Source: Vicugna vicugna | Lineage: Eukaryota | Length of the DNA stretch: 64,000 nt | NCBI GenBank assembly: GCA_013265495.1 | Contig: MU058844.1 | Location: 11,864,184-11,928,183, forward strand | Direction of reading: 5' to 3' | Part shown: in pieces, positions 53,691 through 64,000 of the stretch | How the letters are laid out: each line of letters starts with the position of its first letter | How positions within the stretch are numbered: the first letter of the stretch is position 1 | Notes under the pieces: generated by a model | Told to the model about the DNA's origin: nothing | The model's database searches: none | What the model saw: the letters and a program-made list of their open reading frames with translations, nothing else | Made by a program: the position numbers and the translations under genes

Positions 53691-54664
53691 GGACTTCCCT
53701 TCCCTATCCAATTATGAAGTCAGGTTTCTGTCCCTTTCTGGCCCCCAAAACTGTTTTAGCAAGGATCAATAATGATATTCTACATTCCAAGACCAACACA
53801 CTCGTGACTGCCAAACCTCTGTATATGAAGCCAAGGTCTCTCTTCACAGCAGCATACAGAAGTGTTCTCTGGGCATCAGTTACAAAGCTGGACTCACTGT
53901 TTCCTCTACCCTCAAGCTATTACTGCCTTAAACGATACCACTATCCAACTATCAAGCTGGAGACTTGGATGTTTTCTCCCTCTCCCTCATCCTTCCCCAT
54001 CTAATAAAAAGTTCAATAGATCTGACTAAATTAATATATTTTATATAAATATCTCCCCTCTATCATCAGTGCTAATGCTTTAGTCCACTTTTTTTAAACT
54101 AATGTTTATCTTTGTTACAGAAAGAGTCCAGCTAAACTCTTTCTATCTCGTTTTGTACTTTCTATACTGTTACAAGTGAGAGCTTTCCTAAACACAAATC
54201 CACCCTGCCCTTGCCTGTTGAAAAGCAAGAAAACACTTTTGATCATAAGCCATAGTAGCCAACTCAAACACCCTTAGGCATTTTTTGCTTCATATGACCA
54301 AACTGCTGGAAAGGTATGCTAGCTCCCAGAGGACTAAAATGAATCCGGTATTACAACACCTCCAAAAGACTCATTAGGTTGCTTCTCTGTTTTTCTCAGT
54401 GTGTTAGGTTTACGAACCACACTGACTGTGCCCATAAGGCTGGAATCACAGCCCCTGCAATCTGGGGCACACATTCTACCGGCTTGGCTACCAGAGGAGC
54501 AGGGACTGGCACTCTTATTTCCAATGTTTAATCCTAAAGAAAGATACGGGTGAGGCCAGCTTGGGTTTCTTGCCTACTCTGATAGCCAGTGGGAATGGAG
54601 ATGGGTGACGGAATGAATGGGGAGTAGGTTCCCAGAAATGATTAAAATAATGAGAAGAACACTG

Positions 54665-54860
54665 GGCAATAGCATTGTCCACTATGTAATACAGACTGTC
54701 TGGACTTGAGTTCCAGCGCAACAGCCCCCTAGCTGTCTAACTGCCTTCTCAGTGCCTTAGTCATCTAAAATATAAAATGAGTAATAACTCCATAGACTTG
54801 TTGATTTAATATGGGTAAAATTCTTAGAATAGATTTAGCTCTACAGTTAAGTACTATTAT
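54665..54860 (+). mobile_element. MIR SINE (diverged)
   Basis: ggacttgagttccagc...ctcagtgccttagtcatctaaaat. Confidence 0.6.
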
Positions 54861-55209
54861 ACATGTATAAGCAAATCAAATTTTCTTACCGTGACAAAGA
54901 GAACCTATTACAACCTGGTCCCTGATTAATATCTCAACACTACTCTTAGCCTGTTCCTCATACCAACGCTTCCAAACTGTGCTGATCAGTATCTCCATGC
55001 CTCCTGGTTCTTGCTCGTGCTATTCTCTCTTCCTGGAATGTGTTTCCCTAGTTTTGTCTGCCTATCTGTCATAAAAGTTTCATTTTAATATTAAAATGTT
55101 TATACCTCACTTTAGTCATGTTACTTCTAAATGATACAAAAAATTGTCCAAGATTTATGCCATGTTTTAATTGCTCCTCTTAAGAACTGAAATAAAAAAT
55201 GGTCTCCTT

Positions 55210-56145
55210 TTATCCCCCTCTTGACTTCAGTCCCATGCCTACTATTGCTCTATACAGACTAAAGACTCGCACAGATGTAGCTCCAGCCCAGACTGAACCC
55301 TCAGACCCTGAACATATTATTCAGCTTCTCACTTGAACCTCCACATTTATGACTCAAAGCCTCTCAAACTTCAATATATCCAAGGCTGAACTCAGTCTTT
55401 CTACTACAATGGCTATTTTTGGCCAATACTTGTTCCTGTAAGTGAAATCAACCTTCCAGTGGTTCCTGCCACCCTCACTATTCACTTCATCAACAGCTGG
55501 TGGATGATTCTCGACACAGCCGCCCTTCCCCAGTCCCACTTCTGTTCCTTTCCTTCATGATGAGCACTACAGCCAGAGGGTTCGTTTTGAATGCAACCTT
55601 ATTGTATTTCTCCTTCAATTAAAAGTTTTCAATAGCTTTTCTTTCTCTTTATCACAAAGTCCAATATTCTTACCCTGGCAGACGACATCTTGCAGGATCT
55701 AGACTGCCCACTTCTCCAGCTTTATCTTAAGCCATTCGCCTGCTCACCAAGGAGGAGATTTCTCTGACTTCTTCAGATTCCTCCAACATGCCAACAGCTC
55801 CTGACTTGTAATCTTGACTCATGCTTCTCTTTTTCCACCCACACTCCTCCCCAGTTCCTAAAGTGTATAAATTCATGCATCCTTTTAATCTCAGCTTAAA
55901 TGTCACTTTATCAGAGGAACCATTCTTTTCATTTTTCATGGCACTCTATCCTTGATTTTCATGCCTGGGTCAGAATTTTAACTAATTAATTAATTCTTCT
56001 ATTACTTCTTTACTTTCTTTTCCATTTCCCCATAAGTTCCCCAAAGGCAGAGCGTTTGCCTTATTTATGACTAAAACCCGAATTTCTTTGCAGAGTATCT
56101 CTAACATAATTGGAATGTAATAAATACTTTTTGAATAAGTGAGAT
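55210..56145 (+). mobile_element. LINE-2 3' portion
   Basis: ctcaaacttcaatatatccaaggctgaactc, tctcagcttaaatgtcactttatcagag, terminal taataaatactttttgaataagtga. Confidence 0.85.
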
Positions 56146-56294
56146 GGCAACATTAGGTAAGGACAGTAAATTCGACCAATGTAGTACTGTGTGGCTGTGA
56201 AAAGATATATACTAAAAACTGCTGATGTGAACAAATGCTAAATACAAATTAGTCACATAGTATTTCAATTTCATAAAAATGCACAGAAGGCAGA

Positions 56295-56816
56295 TGTGGT
56301 AGTCAAAAAAAAAAAAAGACAGAGAGAGAGAAAGAAAAAAAGACCCCCCCTCAAAGATGTCCACACTTCGGAACCTTTGAATATGTTATATTGCATGGGA
56401 ATGAGTAATTAAGATTGCTAATCAGTTGACATTAAAATAATGATTATTAAAACGAGATTATTCTGGATTATTTGCTTAAACCAAATGTAATCATAAGGGT
56501 CCTTTAAATATAGAAGATGAGGCAGAAGAATCAGAATCAGAGCCAGGAGGATGGGAGAGACTCAATCAGCCATTGCTGGGTTTGAAGACAGAAGGAAAAC
56601 ATAAGCCAAGGAATGTGGACAATCTCTAGAAGCTAAAAAGGGCAAGGAAAATGTTCTCTAGAGCCCCCAGAAGGAATGCAGCCATGCATTCTTAATTTTA
56701 TCCCAGTGAGACCCATTTTGGACTTCTTACCTTCAGAACTGTAAAATAAAATATTTGGGGATTTTAAGCCATCAGTTTGTGATAGTCTGTTAAAGCAGCA
56801 ATAGGAAACTAATACA
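56295..56816 (+). mobile_element. MaLR solo LTR (MLT1D-like)
   Basis: TG...CA; aaagatgtccac, gagattattctggattat, ctctagagcccccagaaggaatgcagcc, gcagcaataggaaactaataca. Confidence 0.92.
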
Positions 56817-57960
56817 ACAGGATATATGAAGATAAACAAGTGTACATGTTTCTGTTTTCTTTTCAAATTCTGTACGTTTTTGTAGGCAAGCTCTCTGCAA
56901 CTTCTCCTTTCTCTGCTTTTAGTTCTATTTCACCAGCATAGTTTGCAGCACTGTGCTTAAGACTGCCATAGTTCTATTGAACACATGAAATTTAAAAAAC
57001 AAAAAAATCTAGAGAAACTATCTTGCTCACAAATGCAATTATCGTTTTCTAAACACGTTAAGTGAAACACGTAGGCAGCAAATATCCAGAGAAATTTCAT
57101 AATTTTGCTTGCTAAAATGACAAATAAATTTTCATAAGTTACATTAATATTTAATATTATGAAAGGACTTTAGAAAATATCTATATAGCTTGATGACTTT
57201 TAGCACTGAAAGACAGAAATAGTTCCCAGGATAATATTATTATCCTTTGACTATTTTATTCTCTTTCTATGCTTTTATAGTAGTAATAAAAACCAACACT
57301 GGATTTTGGAATCTGAGAAGCATGCTGTAGTTCCTGAATAGGGGAGAAAAGGGAACTCCTCAATGGAATTTTTTGTTACTGTCAGCATCTCTTAGGTGAT
57401 CTTCTTATGCTGAAACAGACCATCTGAATAAAATGCACATGGACACCTGATACTATTTCATATTTAGGAAACTTGGAGGACAGTAAAGCCTTTAAGGTTA
57501 ACAAATTTACTTATAAGGCTAGAAAATGTACTCCAGAATTATGCATTCAACAGTATTATTCTCAGTTCTATCACATTTTGAAGAGAGCGTAAATTGACCT
57601 TTGAAAGATCTGAAATTTAAATTATAATGTAACATAAGATTTCTTTATCAAATTGATTTAAGAGATGATTTTTTTAAAGCAGAAGCATAAAATATTTATC
57701 TTCAATCACATGAATGTTATGTTCTCAAATCATGCATTTTTTTCCTAAAGCCCTTTCTAGATATTTCTTGGTGTATAAACAGATTAAAAATCTGCTTTTG
57801 TTTTGCCACATGGCCAAATCCCTGAAACTTTGTAGATAGAATATTGAAACCATATGAAAACCTGTCACTGAACAGAGGAAATTATTCACAGGGAAAAGAC
57901 CACTAAGAGCAAATGGAGAAAAACTAGTTCAAAGCAGCCATAGAGTTGGTTCATTTCACT

Positions 57961-57980
57961 CTAGCACCTCCTGGTGGCAA
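57961..57980 (-). promoter_or_regulatory. Candidate CTCF binding site
   Basis: Minus strand TTGCCACCAGGAGGTGCTAG closely matches the CTCF core consensus TGGCCACCAGGGGGCGCTA and lies in apparently unique sequence. Confidence 0.6.
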
Positions 57981-58482
57981 ATATTGTGTATGGCTGAATC
58001 GTACAGCATAGACAGAAGAATTTACTGCAAACATTATTTAATGCTTGGGGTATTGCTCAATATTTTGATTCCTGTCCCCACCAAAGCAGTTTAAAAGTAT
58101 TTGTAATTTTTTCTATAATTAAGAGTATACATAAATAATATGACCATATCAGAAAAAATTTTTTAAGTTTCCTTCTAGAACTTTGAGTTAATTTCCAGGC
58201 ATTTTGAATTTCTGTTCTCAAAAACAAAATTGGATAAGGTAGAATCAAAAACAGGACTGTAGATAAATACACAAGTACCCACGTATGTGATCTCAGTCTG
58301 GATTATACACAAAAGAAGCAACCTTAACAGAAACATGCCTTATATTTTCTTATTAGATTCACAATGTGGTATTATTTCGTGTCAGTAATATCTAACATTT
58401 CTTGAGATCTTACATGAATAGCTGAAATAACGCTAGAATATGTTACATGTGTAATCACATTTGGTGATACAAAAAGCTAATG

Positions 58483-58508
58483 ATATATATATATATATGT
58501 GTGTGTGT
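58483..58508. repeat. (AT)n(GT)n compound microsatellite
   Basis: Direct read. Confidence 0.9.
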
Positions 58509-61500
58509 TATTATCCACATTTAATGGATATGAAAAAGTAATAATTTATTTGGCATACTTTAAAATAATGAATAGAAACACTTAAGAGACAAAGATTAAA
58601 AGTACTTTCACATTCAAAGAATAAGTGAATGGATAAATGTATTCATAAATCATGTATTTATCAAGGACCAAACATTGGGAATTTAACATGAAAAAGGTTC
58701 ACCACTATATCGAAAGCATTCACTGTCTGAGCTGCAGAAACAAGAAATAAGACAATTAGAATATCATGAAAACTGTCGTAATAGACACAAATGTACAAAA
58801 TGTCAGGATCACGAAGAAGACAAGCCTCTACATTTGTATAAAGACACAGTAAGGGCATTAGCTGGCTAGGGACCAGAACCTGCCCATTAATTCTCTATTT
58901 CTATGACCAGTAAGCATCCAAGGAATTATAATATGGCTCTGCACCTGGATTTCCTGCAGGGAGAAGATGTGTGAGCCAGAAGATTCAAACCCTTCACAGC
59001 ATGTGTCATAATTTAATTTTGGAATTTATTTACATTAAGTGGACAGAGATGTTCTCTATTTTGTTTATCATTGACCTCCCAACAGCCAGCCAGCAGAGTG
59101 CTGGACACATGGTGTGACTTGTAAAATACCTGCTCAATGACTCCACGTGGCCTACGCAGGCTGCCTGCCTCCTTAAGGAACATCTCATCATAAGCCCATA
59201 AGCACAACACTATCCTCTGCAGGCAAACATTTTCAGTGCTTTTAAATAGCATGAAGTGTAACGATTAAGTGGTGCGATTGTGCAAAAGTGAAAGGTTAAT
59301 GCATACAGTGATCTACTCCTCAGTTTACTTTATTGATAAGCACTTCTATAACAGGCAGGTTTGATAAAGGAAAGGGGATTGAGAGATGTTTTGGTGTATC
59401 ACACAATCTCCCACGATGACAGAGACTGCATCATTGTCTCTTCTGCATCCTAGTCGCCTACTCAGTGTGTGACACACTGTAGACAAGCAATCAAATACTT
59501 GTTGAAGAATGAGAAGCAATAACTATGAAATGGTTTATGTATTTTACAGAGAGTTTATCACAAACTAGAAAAATATTAAGGTTCTGGAAGGCAGAAAAAT
59601 TATTTAAAATCACTGAAGCTTGTCACACAAAAGCTACAGCCATATCCCTATGTAGAATCATAAAGAGAAAGAAACTCCTTACACTTTCATCTGGACCAAG
59701 CCTCACTGGTGCTTGTGCCAAGAACATACGGCAAAGAAGGGGAAAAAGCAATTATTTCTGAAGTCAGAGAGCTGAACTTCATGAGTAAGGCTTTGGCTGG
59801 AAAATTGCTATCACCGTAAACACTGCATGATTTCCAAGGAACATGACAAAATTTCTATCAATAATACCATAAGATAAATATTTGGCTTAATTCAAGAATA
59901 GTTCAGATCATTATTTTATTTAAACCATTTCCCCATATAAACAAAGCATGGAAACAGCTTGGACACTCTTCAAAAGACTCTAAAGAACTCAACGACCCAT
60001 GTAATAACATTATTTAACAAAATTTCTCCCAGACTATAGCAGAATATTTTACATTTTTTTCCATTACTGCAATTTATGTGTAATATGAATACTGTCCATT
60101 AAAAAAAAAGTCGCATGGCCCTCTAGTAATCAAAAGTTATTGCTAAACAGCATTACCAGCATAATGCTTTGTAGAAGCAAAGGTTTACACACTGAAAAGC
60201 TGAAAGCTCTCACATACCATATCAACATTTTTTAATACTACCTGGTGCTCTAACATATAAATACACAGCATGTACTTTGCTTGAAAGAGCACAAGTATTT
60301 AGTTACAGGAAGTCTTAAATCCCCTTTTTTCTTGAACAAAGGGTGTTTATAATTCCTATCAAATGAAGTATGTCAGTCACAGCCCAGTACACAGTGTAGA
60401 AAAATACTACCAAACACGACTGAAATCATTTTCAGGTCTTCCGTTTTATATAGAAATCCCACTCTTACAATGAAACAAGAGAATAAACAAAAATGTGCAT
60501 CATGTTGAAAGGGTTGTTTGTGGGCTCCAGCATTGTTTTTTTCAAAGCAAACATTTGTCCAGCAGAAAATTGAGTTGGGTTTCAGTTCCATTCAAATACA
60601 CAGAACACATGGTTTATGGCAATTGTTGGCACTGTATAAAATCAATTCTTCCAAGTGTGCTATTCTTGAATTTCTTGCCCATAGAAAACCTAAGCAGTGC
60701 AGTGGTTTCCAGACCTGATTAGGGTTGGCTATCCTGAGTCAGAATAGCTTCTTTTCCTTTAATTAATAGATTTTGCGATTTTACCTCCCAAAAATCAGAT
60801 AATAATTACGAACTGATTTGCATTCCTTGAGAAAATATGCTATGTAAATTGCTACATTTCTATAGCACACTTTCATGAAATAGCTGCTCATAGGGTGATA
60901 TGAGTTTCAGTATTTCAGATCTTTAATGTAATATCTTAATTTCAATATATATGATAATAAGAATTACTGATTTTAAAAAGATAAATAACTAAAGCCACTC
61001 TCTTTACATTCCATTCAATGTTTCGTGTTTTTATACCCATGTTTCTTACATACAATTAGCACTAATTTAAGTGTAAAATATCTACCTAAGTTATTGAATT
61101 ATAAGAGTTAACATATCTGAAATGCATGTGGTTACATTCAGATATATGAGGGAATTAAGGTAAATATAAAAAGGAATTACAACAAAAATTTAGTTACTCA
61201 GAATTTGCAGTTGATTCAAATTTCTTCACTATGCTAACACAGGGCAAAGTAGACACCATCAAAGTGAGCCAACTATATGAATTAGGCCGAGAAAAAAAAT
61301 CCACATATTCAGAATATATCCTGTAGTCATTACACACAATAAATAAGATTAGCTTCATGTTTAACACCCTTACAATGCACTCACAAAGATAATGATGAAT
61401 ATTTGACTATTATCCTAATTTTGAAAATGGGAGATTAGAGTTTTAGAGATGTTAAACGACTGTCTCCTTTTTCCCCAGCTTACAGAGGATCCATTGGATC

Positions 61501-61589
61501 TGCACGTGGACCATAGTTACCAAATGGCCCTATTACCTAAAACACAAACAAACAAACCACAAATTTATCTCTAAATCAAACTCAGACCA

Positions 61590-64000
61590 CACTGCTGAGC
61601 AAACACAAATACAGAATACTGCAATGCTGTAACAGTGGTGCATAAATCACTTTAAACTGTGATATAGTAGTTGAAAGACAAAAATATGAGAAGTAACGAT
61701 AATAGTAAAATAATATTAATGGATATACAATATATAAAGACATAATTTGTGACATCAATAACATACAGTATAGGTGGCATGAGAAGTAAAAGAACAGAGT
61801 CTTTTGTATGTGATTGAAGTTAAGTTGTCATAAGTTTAAAAAAAGATTGCTGTAACTACAAGATGTTTTATGTAAGCCCCATGGAAACCACAGAGAAAAC
61901 ATTTCTAGGAAATACACAGAGAAAAAGAGAATAGAATCAAAGTATATCACGTCAATCGGAAAGCCATACCTATCATCAATTACTTTAAATGTAACTTTCC
62001 AACCAAAAGAGATAGAATGACTAAATGGATTTTAAAAATCCAATTATTTGCTGTCTACAAGAGACCCACCTTAGATTTAGACATACATAGGCTAAAAGTG
62101 AAAGGATTGAAAAAACATAATCTATGCAAATGGGAACCAAAAGAGAGCAGGGGTATCCAACTTCTGTAAGGCATAATAGACTTTAAATTGTAAAAAATGT
62201 CACAAAACAAAGAAGAACATTATAAAATAATAGGAGTCAATTCATAAGGAAGATTTAACAATAACAAATGCATATGAACCCAACATCAAAGCACCCATAT
62301 ATATGAAGTAAACAGAGAGAGACTGAAGGGAGAAATAGACAGGCACACAATAATAATAGAATATTACAATACCCCACTTTGAATAATAAATAGAACATCC
62401 AAACAGAAGATCAAGAAGGAAATGGAGAAGTTGAACAACACTATACAAACAAATGAATCTCACAGGCATATATAGAATATTCCATCCAACAGCAGCAGAA
62501 TATGAATTTTTCTCAAGCACATATGAAACATTCTTCAGGATAGATCACATGCTAGGTCACAAAATAAGTCTTACAGATTTAAGATTAAATCTTTTCTTAT
62601 TACAATGGAATGAAATGAGAAATCAATTACAAAAGGAAAAGTGGAAAATTAACAGATTTGTAGAAATTAAACAGTGCATTCTTGAAAAGCAAATGAATCA
62701 AAAAAGAAATCAAAAGTTAGAAAATATCTTGAAATATAGGAAAACACAATGAAAACACCAAATATCAAAACATGGGATGCAGCAAAAAAAACTCACAAAT
62801 TGGATAGTATAGAGTGATAAATGCCTATATTTAAGAAGAGAGATCTCAAGTAAAAAACCTAATTTTATACCTAAAGGACCTAGAAAAAGAAGAAAATGCT
62901 TAGCCCAAAGTTAGCAGAAGAAAGAAAATAATATTAGAGCATAAAATAAACAAACCACAGAATAGAAAACCAACAAAACTAGAAGTTGACTTTCTGAAAA
63001 GTTCAATAAAATTAACAAATCTTTACTTTGACTAACTGGACAAAAAGGGAGGACACAATTAAATAAAATCATAAATGACCAAGGAGATATTATAACCAAT
63101 GCCAAAAAAATATAAAAATATTATAAAAATTCTATGAACAATTATCTGCAAAAAAAAATTGAATAATCTAAAATAAATGGAAACTGAACAGACCTATAAT
63201 TAGTAAGAAGATTAAGTCAGTAATCAAAAACGTCTTATCAAAGAAAAAACCAGGACCAAAGGGCTTCACTGGTCAATTTTACCAAACATTTAAAAAATAA
63301 TTAATATCTATTCTCAAACTCTTCCAAAAAAATTAAATAGCAAGGAACACTTCCAAGTTAATTTTATGAGGACAGAATCACACTGATATCAAAGCAAAAC
63401 AAAGACACTACAAGATAAACAACAACTACTACAGGCCAATATTCTTGATAAATATACATGCAAAAATCCTCAAAAAAAATACTAGCAAACCAAATTCAAC
63501 AGCACATTAAAACCATGATGAAGTGGGAGTTATCCCTGGGAGGCAAAGATAGGTCAATATATGAAAATCAATCTATGCAATATACTATATTAACAGACAA
63601 ATGATAAAAATTACATGATCATCTCAATAGATGCAGGAGAAACTGCTTGACAAAATTCTACACCTTTTCATGATAAAAACACTCAACAAATTAGGACTAA
63701 AAAGAAATTGCTTCAACATTATAAAGGCCATATATGAAAGCCCACAGCTAATATACTCAATGATGAAGAGCTGAGAGATTTTCCTCTAAGATCAAGAAAA
63801 AGGCAAGAATGCCCACTCTCACCACTTCTATTCAACACAGTACTGGAAGTCCCAGGCAGAGCAATTAGACAAGAAAAAGAAGTAAACGGCATCCAAATTG
63901 GAAACAAGAAGTCAAATTACCTGTTTGCAAATGACATGATCTTAAATGTCAAAAACCATAAAGATTCCACATACACATATAAACTTTTATAGTTAGAAAA
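61590..64000 (+). mobile_element. Old LINE-1 (L1M-type): inter-ORF region plus disrupted ORF2 endonuclease and RT, cut by the window end
   Basis: Collinear ORF2 motifs CCLQETH (~62049), RIDHMLGH (~62537), PGPKGFTGQFYQTF (~63250), YRPI (~63430), [12 protein letters not shown] (~63801), LFANDMI (~63921, FADD degenerate), with many stops and frameshifts. Confidence 0.95.

Noticed and set aside
965..63907. ORFs in the supplied six-frame track as genes
   Set aside because: All are short (at most 133 aa), many use non-ATG starts, most overlap L1/L2/MIR/LTR sequence, and none resembles a cellular protein I recognise
61975..64000. Functional reverse transcriptase/endonuclease system
   Set aside because: It is an ordinary L1 ORF2 fossil with stops, frameshifts, deletions and a degenerate FADD motif

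Overview
AT-rich, CpG-depleted eutherian genomic DNA, most likely intronic or intergenic. I found no protein-coding gene, RNA gene or CpG island that I can support, and no evidence for a novel multi-gene system. The ORFs in the supplied track are chance frames or decayed transposon pieces. The window is a mosaic of interspersed repeats: LINE-1 of several ages, many L2 and MIR fragments, CR1/L3, solo LTRs (MER34-like, MER67-like, MER21, MLT1, LTR16), a Tigger1 deletion derivative, hAT/Charlie fragments and microsatellites. The youngest L1 3' ends look cetartiodactyl (camelid-like from memory), and I saw no Alu, Bov-tA/BovB, CHR, PRE-1, ERE or SINEC elements, which suggests a camelid host (inference). 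The best observations are structural: a near-perfect ~125 bp tandem duplication, a twin-primed inverted L1 with TSDs, a ~43 bp L1 insertion with TSDs, an internal L1 endonuclease fragment inside an older L1, and a strong CTCF motif. There is also an LTR orientation bias and several weak minus-strand exon-like segments that may indicate a minus-strand host gene. Repeat family names come from recalled consensus sequences, not a database search, and boundaries of old repeats are approximate.
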